Source of the DNA: Candidatus Heimdallarchaeota archaeon
GTDB taxonomy: Archaea; Asgardarchaeota; Heimdallarchaeia; Heimdallarchaeales; Heimdallarchaeaceae
Assembly (NCBI GenBank): GCA_019057375.1
Contig: DXJF01000155.1
Span: forward strand, 1-13,203
Length of the DNA stretch: 13,203 nt
Reading direction: 5' to 3'
The notes under the pieces are model-generated. The model saw only the letters and a program-made list of their open reading frames with translations. It was not told the origin of the DNA and searched no databases. The position numbers were made by a program, and so were the translations under genes. Shown here one piece after another: positions 6,194 to 13,203 of this stretch (its first letter is position 1; each line of letters starts with the position of its first letter).

Positions 6194-7087
6194 TCAATCG
6201 ATCTCATCTTCTTGTACATCTTTTGATTTCTTAGCTTCTATAATTCGTTCCTCTGATTTATTTTCTAATAACAATTTTTCAATTGAGAAGAATCTTCTTC
6301 TAATTACCTTAATTAAGAAATGTAAAACAATTAACCCAAGAGCTATTAGATTAATATACCAATATTGTTTAGATAATGAATCATACCACATACCTACTAG
6401 TTTTAATCCTGGTAAGCATAGAATCCGAATCAGAGAAACGAAACAAAAGTAAATCACAGCAATGAAAATAAGTCTTTTCCAGTGTTTTATCTCTGAAAGC
6501 TCCTTTTTCTTTTGGGTTTCTACAGATTTCCTTGGAAAGAACATTCCGGTTCGTTGTCTGTACTCTAGATAGGAACTTCCATATTTTTTCAAAAGCTTTT
6601 TTTCTTCAAGTTCAGAAGTAACAACTAAAAACAATGAAAAAAGAGACCAAGATATAATTGATCCTGTTCTTATAAAAGGATGAACCGCCCATGGAAGATA
6701 GAGTGAAGTAGCTAATGTCATTAAAATCAACCCTAAATGCTGTGGATGTCTAATGAACTTATAAGGACCACCTGTTGCTAAATCCTGCTTCTTAATTTTA
6801 ACATTAGCTAAAGATAGTAAACCCCAGAGAAATAGCAGTAGACCAAGTATAAATAGAATTAACTCAATTGAGATAAATAAGGGGGCAATTTTGTCTTTTA
6901 CTGTAAATAGGGTTAATAACCAATATTTTCCATAAAATGAGAAAATCCAGTAAGAAGCAAAACCTATTGGTAAATAGTGGGTCATTGTTATCAGAATCCC
7001 AGCAATAATTGGAGTATAAATCCAGATTACAGCAGGTAAGAGAAGTAACTTCTCAATAATTCTTGAAATCAGATGAGCTTTTTTCAT
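6194..7087 (-). CDS. Isoprenylcysteine carboxyl methyltransferase / PEMT-family membrane methyltransferase
   Basis: Several hydrophobic helices. TGGPYKFIRHPQHLG and EEKKLLKKYGSSYLEYRQRTGMFFP are typical ICMT/Ste14-family motifs. Confidence 0.85.
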   Translation of the reverse strand: MKKAHLISRIIEKLLLLPAVIWIYTPIIAGILITMTHYLPIGFASYWIFSFYGKYWLLTLFTVKDKIAPLFISIELILFILGLLLFLWGLLSLANVKIKKQDLATGGPYKFIRHPQHLGLILMTLATSLYLPWAVHPFIRTGSIISWSLFSLFLVVTSELEEKKLLKKYGSSYLEYRQRTGMFFPRKSVETQKKKELSEIKHWKRLIFIAVIYFCFVSLIRILCLPGLKLVGMWYDSLSKQYWYINLIALGLIVLHFLIKVIRRRFFSIEKLLLENKSEERIIEAKKSKDVQEDEID

Positions 7088-7130
7088 GCCGCACTAGAGA
7101 TACCTTTGTTTTATTTAATTCTTGCTGAAA

Positions 7131-7148
7131 TTTATCATTAATGATAAA
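7131..7148. promoter_or_regulatory. Perfect 18-bp palindrome, putative transcription-factor operator in a divergent intergenic region
   Basis: TTTATCATTAATGATAAA equals its own reverse complement. It lies between the starts at 7087(-) and 7267(+). Confidence 0.5.
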
Positions 7149-7266
7149 AATAATGAGTCAACATATTAATCTGTTAGATCCCAATATACTAGAAATTTTT
7201 GGAAAATTTTTGACCAAACGATATGTTTTTTATTTATGACTTGCAAAATTTTACGAGTGATTTGCA

Positions 7267-8679
7267 GTGTCAAACCATATTATGTCCGAAGCAACAAAAA
7301 TAATAGAACTAATAGACAAATTTCCTTTTCTAGAGGAGATATTAGTGGAATTAGATCCTATTTTAAAACGCTTTCAAAACCCTATTATTCGTAAAACTGT
7401 GGGTAAAAAAGCTACACTGACTGATGTTGCCAGTCTTATTAATCAAGATCTCAAATCGGTAATAGATTTTTTCTCAAGCAAAATTGAACAACACATAGGG
7501 GATAAAGTGGACGTACAAATTGGTTCAACTGGTAAAAGTGGTTTTGAAGATGAACATGTACGAAAGAGAGAAATGCTCAAAGCTCTTGTGCTGGAACTTC
7601 ACGCAGGAGGAGAAAAATCCGTACTGAAAGCTCGGTTCAAGGAAATATTAGGAGATGTAGAGGCTACAGATATAGCTTCAATGGAACAAGAGTTAATCAA
7701 TTCTGGAGAGTTAACAGTTGATCAAATCACCTTGTTATGTGATTTACATGTAGGAATCTTTGAGGATTCATTGGAAAAAAATCTTAGACCTGAAGAATCT
7801 CCAGGTCACCCAATACATACTTACATGGAAGAAAATCGTGTTGCTGAAGAGTTGATTGCAGATATCAGAGAAACTCCTACTCCTGAATTAATTCAAAAAC
7901 TAGCCGATATTGAGATTCATTATACTAGATTGGAAAACCAACTGTTTCCTATGTTAGAAAAGAAAGAGTTCGAAGGTCCTTCTCAAGTCATGTGGGCAAA
8001 ACATGATGAGGTTCGACAATTGATTCGTCAAGGAAGCGAAGTTGATGCGGAAGAATTTGCTACACAAGTAGAAGATATGATTTTTAAAGAAGAAACTATA
8101 CTCTTCCCCACAAGTTTAGAACTTTTGACCATTCAAGATTGGCAAAAGGTGAAAAATGGAGAAGAAGAAATAGGTTTTGCTTGGGTTTCTCCTGGTGATG
8201 AATGGAAACCTATTACTCCAGAAGTTATTCATAAAGTAGAGGAACCTCCACAATTAACAGATATCTTGTCTATGCAAACCGGAAAGCTTACACTTGAACA
8301 GATTAATTTGATTATGACTAATCTTCCAATTGAGATATCCTTCATTAATGAGAATGAGGAAGTAGCATATTACTCGGATACTAAAGAAAGAATTTTTCCC
8401 CGTAGTCCTGGTGTTATAGGTAGAAAAGTCCAAAGATGTCACCCACCAAAGAGTCTTGATAAAGTAATGAAAATTATAGAAGCGTTCAAGACTGGTCAAA
8501 AAGATGTAGCTGAATTCTGGATAAATATGAATGGGAAATATATTCACATACGTTACTTCGCAATTCGAGATAACTCTGGAAAATATCGCGGGTCATTAGA
8601 GGTTATGCAGAATGTTACATCCATTCGAGCATTAGAGGGAGAAAGAAGATTGATTAATTGGGGAGAAGATGCTAAGTAG
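7267..8679 (+). CDS. DUF438-family protein (DUF1858-like N-terminus, DUF438, hemerythrin-like domain, C-terminal PAS_10)
   Basis: ELHAG, CDLHVGIF, PGHPIHTYMEEN, HYTRLENQLFP, GPSQVMWAKHDEVR, KEETILFP, RIFPRSPGVIGRKVQRCHPPKS, YFAIRDNSGKYRGSLEV. Confidence 0.92.
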   Translation: MSNHIMSEATKIIELIDKFPFLEEILVELDPILKRFQNPIIRKTVGKKATLTDVASLINQDLKSVIDFFSSKIEQHIGDKVDVQIGSTGKSGFEDEHVRKREMLKALVLELHAGGEKSVLKARFKEILGDVEATDIASMEQELINSGELTVDQITLLCDLHVGIFEDSLEKNLRPEESPGHPIHTYMEENRVAEELIADIRETPTPELIQKLADIEIHYTRLENQLFPMLEKKEFEGPSQVMWAKHDEVRQLIRQGSEVDAEEFATQVEDMIFKEETILFPTSLELLTIQDWQKVKNGEEEIGFAWVSPGDEWKPITPEVIHKVEEPPQLTDILSMQTGKLTLEQINLIMTNLPIEISFINENEEVAYYSDTKERIFPRSPGVIGRKVQRCHPPKSLDKVMKIIEAFKTGQKDVAEFWINMNGKYIHIRYFAIRDNSGKYRGSLEVMQNVTSIRALEGERRLINWGEDAK

Positions 8680-8700
8680 AAAGGGAATTTCCTTTTCCTC
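8680..8700 (+). terminator. Possible terminator hairpin after the DUF438 gene
   Basis: AAAGGGAA-t-TTCCTTTT inverted repeat followed by a pyrimidine run, immediately after the TAG. Confidence 0.3.
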
Positions 8701-8923
8701 TTATTTATCACCTCTATTCATTTTTATTAGGCTTCAAGCTAAATAGTTCAATGGTGTGAAATTAGTTGTTTTAATAGAGTTAAAAATGGATTGCATTTTT
8801 TATAAATTAGGTTTTTTGAAAATTCCACTAATTCTCAAAATTCAAGGCTATAACCCTTTAAAGAGCAAAACATTTGATATCATAGCTATAACTTTTTTAG
8901 GTTAGTTCTTTTAGCGAAGTGTA

Positions 8924-9982
8924 ATGAGTATTCGGGATCCCAAAAAACATAAGGTCATTTATAAAGAAACTCTTAAAAAAATTTCTGAACTCTTACCTTC
9001 CGTTAGACTTGAGCAACCTCCAATTGAGAATACTTTGATCATTATTGATGGTACAGCAAAATCTAGAACCGCAGTACTATTAGCGGGGGAGTTAAGCAAA
9101 CATTTCAATACTAAAATAGATATCATCTATTTCTTTTCAGAAAAATTTAGAGGTGCTACTGGGGTAAAAATAGAGAGTTATGAAGATTCTTTAGCCTTCA
9201 CTCATGAACATCTAAGAAGTGAAGATTTTGAGATTAAATGTCCAGTAGTAGAAAATACTGAAATGTTAAAAGTAATTTTTGATGATGCCTTTAAGAATAC
9301 AACCTATGATCTAATCATTATTCCTTCTTCATTCATAGGTATGAAAGAAGTACATACGAAAGTGGAAGATCTAGAAGAAACAGAAGCAGAAGTTGTAGTA
9401 ATAGGAGAGATTTTTGAATATCTTTTAGAAGAAGTAAAAGATATTCCTGTTTTAGTTGTTGAAAGTGAGAAAGTTAATTTAAACACGTTGTGGAAGAACA
9501 TTTGCATTTTTCTCGGAAAAAGCGCTCAACTAAGTCACATGAGCGAAACTGCTCTGAGATTTAGCTTAAAGAACACAGAGATTAGAGGTTTAGTTAACAT
9601 TTCACGCAGTTTTCACGAAGAAGAAACTGATGATGAATTTGAGCAAATTGTTAACAAGAATAAAAAAGAGCTAAATAGATTTGTGCAAGCGAATTTTGAA
9701 ACATTCAAGGAAGTTGAAAAATTTAAAGATTTTAATCTTATAACAACCGATAAAATAAGTGTCATAAAAAATCAATTAGTAGCATGTGGAAAAAACTCAG
9801 GATTCTTAATGATTTACATGCCAACGAAACATTCAAGTCTTGCAGGATTCTTTATTGAGTTTCTAGAAGATCCAAAAATAACTTGTCCAATTTTAATTGT
9901 AAAAAGGAAGATAACACCCCCTATTATAGAAAGGCAAAGAGAAGAGATTCCAAAGAAATTAAAAAAGAAGGAAAAGTTATAA
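8924..9982 (+). CDS. Hypothetical protein with universal-stress-protein-like (adenine nucleotide alpha hydrolase-like) fold, possibly two domains
   Basis: TLIIIDGTAKSRTAVLLAGELSKHFNTKIDIIYF, YDLIIIP, DIPVLVV and CPILIVK recall USP beta1-alpha1 and terminal-strand motifs. Lies upstream of a transporter. Confidence 0.55.
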   Translation: MSIRDPKKHKVIYKETLKKISELLPSVRLEQPPIENTLIIIDGTAKSRTAVLLAGELSKHFNTKIDIIYFFSEKFRGATGVKIESYEDSLAFTHEHLRSEDFEIKCPVVENTEMLKVIFDDAFKNTTYDLIIIPSSFIGMKEVHTKVEDLEETEAEVVVIGEIFEYLLEEVKDIPVLVVESEKVNLNTLWKNICIFLGKSAQLSHMSETALRFSLKNTEIRGLVNISRSFHEEETDDEFEQIVNKNKKELNRFVQANFETFKEVEKFKDFNLITTDKISVIKNQLVACGKNSGFLMIYMPTKHSSLAGFFIEFLEDPKITCPILIVKRKITPPIIERQREEIPKKLKKKEKL

Positions 9983-10142
9983 AGAAAAAAAAGTTATGGA
10001 CAAAGAGAAAGACAATGAATGAGATATATTGTCTCATGTATTTGAATAAAAAATGAAAATAGAGCTAAAGCTTCTATAATTCAATAAATGATTCAAGCTT
10101 GAACTCAACTCTGTAAAAAGAGGAATTTGTTAAGGTGATTAA

Positions 10143-11537
10143 TTGGCAGGATTGTTAGGAGAGTTACAGTGGATAGGAACAATACTCATTGTAATCGTCG
10201 TTCTAGCAACAATCATATTACTAACAAAAGAGGGGATTGATTCTACAAAAATCACTGCTACTGGTGCATTAGTAGTTTCATTATTATATCTAATACTTAT
10301 GGATTGGGAGAAAGGTTTTAGAGACAATTTAGCATTTGAAGAAGTACCTCACAATTTTCTAGAAGCCTTAGCAAAAACAGTTAATATAGAAGCTATACTA
10401 ATTATATTTTCTATAGGTATAATAGTAGCTATTACCAAGGGTGCGGGTTTTTTTGACTTTGTATCTCTATATATTGTTAAATTGACCAGAGGTGATCCGA
10501 AAAAATTAATATTGGCATTAGGAGGTCTAACATTCTTTGTAAGTATGTTCTTTGATAATTTAAGCGCTATTATTCTTCTAGGGTCTTTAACAGTTGTTAC
10601 ATGCAAACAGCTAGAAATTAATCCAGAACCGTATGTATTATTCGTAGGAATTAACACAATTATAGGAGGGTTACCTACTCCTGTTTCTTCGATTCCCAAT
10701 ATTATCTTCTTTAACTTATATCCAGAGGAAGGAATGAGTTTCATCAAATTTACAGCGTATATGTTCCCTATTGCCATTCTTTTCTTTGCGATTGCGTCTG
10801 CTTTTTTCTTCTTTGTTTATAGGAAGCAGCTCAGGATCAAAGTTACTGATGAGAAAAAAGAACAAATAGGAAGAATTAATCCTTGGTCAGGTATTGCTGA
10901 TAGAAAAAACATCTGGAAATCATTAATTCTACTCAGCTTTCTTTTTGTAGGATTTTTACTTACAAGCATTCCAAGTAATCCTCTAGATGTCGCTCTAATG
11001 GCTTTGATATCGGTCTTTTTCGGTCTTTTTCTATTCAGAACAGATTTGAAACGTTATCTTCGAGAAGGAGTCGAATGGGAGATGATTATTTTTGCTATCG
11101 CTTTATTTGTTTTAATGGGACTTTTAACCGCTGCTGGAGCTTTACTACCATTAACTAATATGCTTACAGGTGTGCTAGGTCCAGACCCAACAACAGGAGG
11201 TTTAATTTTGGTTGCAGTAATTATCGGTGCTGTAGGTTTACCAATCGCAGGATTTTTGAATAGTTTTTCAGCGGCACTTATTTTCTCCTATATCTTTAAG
11301 GCTTTACCCGCTGGATTATTAACCGGTTTATGGTTCGGTTTTGTTCTTTCTGGGAATATCGGGGGTGCATTGACCCCTCTTGGATCAATTACTATTCTAA
11401 TGTCACTAGAGATACTCAATAGGGAAGGATATCCTATATCCTTTCTCAAATATGTAAAAAGGATGCTACCTTTAACATTAGCATGTGGAGTGTTGGGTGT
11501 GGCGTATTCAATCTTTCTAATAGCTTTGGGGTTGTAG
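10143..11537 (+). CDS. ArsB/NhaD/CitMHS (ion transporter superfamily) membrane permease
   Basis: Many hydrophobic segments. SMFFDNLSAII, IIGGLPTPVSSIPNII and SGNIGGALTPLGSITIL motifs. GGTGA SD before the TTG start. Confidence 0.85.
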   Translation: MAGLLGELQWIGTILIVIVVLATIILLTKEGIDSTKITATGALVVSLLYLILMDWEKGFRDNLAFEEVPHNFLEALAKTVNIEAILIIFSIGIIVAITKGAGFFDFVSLYIVKLTRGDPKKLILALGGLTFFVSMFFDNLSAIILLGSLTVVTCKQLEINPEPYVLFVGINTIIGGLPTPVSSIPNIIFFNLYPEEGMSFIKFTAYMFPIAILFFAIASAFFFFVYRKQLRIKVTDEKKEQIGRINPWSGIADRKNIWKSLILLSFLFVGFLLTSIPSNPLDVALMALISVFFGLFLFRTDLKRYLREGVEWEMIIFAIALFVLMGLLTAAGALLPLTNMLTGVLGPDPTTGGLILVAVIIGAVGLPIAGFLNSFSAALIFSYIFKALPAGLLTGLWFGFVLSGNIGGALTPLGSITILMSLEILNREGYPISFLKYVKRMLPLTLACGVLGVAYSIFLIALGL

Positions 11538-11617
11538 TCATTTAGTTTGTTTCAATTCAAGAAAGATATCTGGTAAAAAAAGCAACTGATAGGAAAAGTC
11601 ACAAAAAAGTGAGACTA

Positions 11618-12799
11618 TTAAAAGAGATTTAGCTCTTTGTGTTTTTCAACTATTTTTTCTGCCATTATATCTAATGCTTTAAAATCCTCTTCTTTTGGGT
11701 GACCTTTGGTATAAACAGGTTCTAAAATCTCAACTTCCTTTAATCCAGGTACCATGCTGACAACTTGGTCAATGGTCTTTGTAAACCATCCATAAGAGCC
11801 AATAACTGAAATTAGTTTAATTTTTGGTTTCAAAGCATTTAGTAGATAGGTTGCATAAACTGCTAATGGGTGTGGACCAGCATGAACTGTTGGAGTGCCA
11901 AGAATCACCGTAGCTGCATCAACTAGAGTTATAGCAAGTTTACCTATATCTACAACAGCTAAATCAAACTGATAGACAGTTACATCTTTTTTTGCTAGAG
12001 CACCAACTAAGTATTCAACCATGATCCTTGTGCTTCCGTGCATTGATACATAAGGAATAACAACAACATTTTTTGGAGTATCTGAAATCCAATCTTCATA
12101 AGCATCTATTATGAAAGAGGGTTTGTCATAGATAGGACCATGACTAGGAGCTATCAATTGAATTTCCATTTTTTTTACTTTCTCAATGTTTTTTCGAATA
12201 ATTTTACTGAAAGGCATCATTATTTCAGCAAAATATCTTTTAGCAGCTTCATAGACTAATCCTTCATCTCTAACATAGAGATCAGTTGTTGCAACATGTG
12301 AGCCAAAAAAGTCACAAGAAAAGAGTATCTTATCTTCTACAAGGTAAGAAACCATTGTTTCTGGCCAATGAACCCAAGGAGTATGGATGAATTTTAAAGT
12401 CTTATCCCCTAAAGAAATTTCCTCCCCGTCTTCTACAATCTGTATTTGTTCTGGAGAAATCAATAAATGATCTATTAGCATTTCTTTTCCTTTTTTAGTT
12501 GCGAGAACTAATGCAGAAGGATATTTCTTAAGAACTGTTGGTATTGCTCCTGAATGATCTTGTTCTGTATGGCTAGATACAATGTAATCTATTTTTTCAA
12601 CATCTTTCAATTGAGTCAAGAGTATATTAATCATTTTTGGATCTACAGTGTCAATTAGAACATTCTTTTCACTACCTATAATCAAATATGAATTGTAACT
12701 GGTTCCATCAGGAAGAGGTATAAGGGAATCAAACAACCTTCTATCCCAATCAATTGCACCTAACCAAAAGACATTTTCTCTTATTTTTCTCTTTTTCAT
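11618..12799 (-). CDS. fprA: Flavodiiron protein (FprA family A-type flavoprotein)
   Basis: GTSYNSYLI, LIDTV, SHTEQDHSG (HxExDH), HWPE, SCDFFGSH, APSHGP, and a C-terminal flavodoxin domain (YVSMHGST, GSYGW). Confidence 0.95.
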   Translation of the reverse strand: MKKRKIRENVFWLGAIDWDRRLFDSLIPLPDGTSYNSYLIIGSEKNVLIDTVDPKMINILLTQLKDVEKIDYIVSSHTEQDHSGAIPTVLKKYPSALVLATKKGKEMLIDHLLISPEQIQIVEDGEEISLGDKTLKFIHTPWVHWPETMVSYLVEDKILFSCDFFGSHVATTDLYVRDEGLVYEAAKRYFAEIMMPFSKIIRKNIEKVKKMEIQLIAPSHGPIYDKPSFIIDAYEDWISDTPKNVVVIPYVSMHGSTRIMVEYLVGALAKKDVTVYQFDLAVVDIGKLAITLVDAATVILGTPTVHAGPHPLAVYATYLLNALKPKIKLISVIGSYGWFTKTIDQVVSMVPGLKEVEILEPVYTKGHPKEEDFKALDIMAEKIVEKHKELNLF

Positions 12800-13053
12800 G
12801 AGTATATAATAAAAAGGATTAGATTATTTAACTTCTTCTTATTGTTGAGTCATTTTTAAGTAATTCTAAAATCGCTTCTTTAAATTGAATATTTCTAATT
12901 TTTTTTTTTGATTCAAATTTTTCCTCCCATTACGAAGTAAGAATGCAATTTTTGTTTTTAATATTCTTTAGAGAAGAAAAGAGAAATTGTTTAAATAAAA
13001 CTTCATCTAAGATTCAAGATTGACCATATGATTCCATGGTGGTAAATTTAACC

Positions 13054-13176
13054 ATGAAAGTGGGAATACCCAGAGCTCTGTTGTTCTACAAATTCTTTCC
13101 CATGTGGACAACCTTCTTTATAGAACTTGGTGCAAAGGTTATTGTTTCACCAAATACTACAGAGCAAATAAAAACT
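13054..13176 (+). CDS. 5' fragment of an acyl-CoA dehydratase activase-related (DUF2229-like) protein, cut off by the sequence end
   Basis: MKVGIPRALLFYKFFPMWTTFFIELGAKVIVSPNT matches the characteristic 'KVGIPRAL..Y...P.W..FF.ELG..V.VS..T' N-terminus. Confidence 0.8.
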
Positions 13177-13203
13177 AGATCGGAAGAGCGTCGTGTAGGG
13201 AAA
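13177..13203 (+). other. Illumina TruSeq adapter contamination (artefact)
   Basis: AGATCGGAAGAGCGTCGTGTAGGGAAA is the start of the standard TruSeq read-2 adapter read-through sequence. Confidence 0.97.

Noticed and set aside
6194-7087. ICMT homologue as a eukaryotic-signature prenylation enzyme
   Set aside because: ICMT/PEMT-like proteins are widespread in prokaryotes, and there are no prenyltransferase genes or CaaX context here.
10092-10103. 12-bp palindrome TTCAAGCTTGAA upstream of the transporter
   Set aside because: Short and single-copy; could arise by chance in 13 kb of AT-rich DNA.
8254-10777. Minus-strand ORFs 8254-8547, 9304-9507, 10139-10327 and 10349-10777
   Set aside because: All are antisense to confidently assigned genes and have no recognisable motifs.
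13023-13056. Overlapping ACCAT/ATGGT inverted repeats before the last gene
   Set aside because: Arms are only 5-6 bp, and one is formed partly by the start codon itself.
1-13203. CRISPR array, tRNA/rRNA, transposase or integrase
   Set aside because: I saw no regularly spaced repeats, RNA-gene signatures or recombinase motifs. The only long repeat pair is about 6 kb apart.

Overview
AT-rich window (about 30% GC by eye), probably archaeal. TTTATATA/TTTAAATA boxes and GAGGTGA/GGTGA Shine-Dalgarno sites support this; an Asgard-type host is plausible but unproven. The left half (about 117-6191) is an accessory block. It encodes an uncharacterised ~140-aa GGIRxPHxH protein, a radical SAM/SPASM enzyme, two paralogous small 'DPPP + helical tail' proteins (one fused to a broken metallo-beta-lactamase fragment), an antisense acidic 89-aa gene, a B12-binding radical SAM enzyme, and a convergent protein with an aromatic-rich beta/gamma-crystallin-like C-terminus. 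Two ~81%-identical 89-bp direct repeats bracket this block. It is a candidate undescribed peptide/protein-modification (RiPP-like) system. The right half is more ordinary: an ICMT/PEMT-family membrane methyltransferase, a DUF438/hemerythrin/PAS protein, a USP-like protein, an ArsB/NhaD-type transporter, FprA, and the 5' end of a CoA-activase-related gene. The last 27 nt are Illumina adapter. All family assignments come from motif recognition by eye, not database searches.
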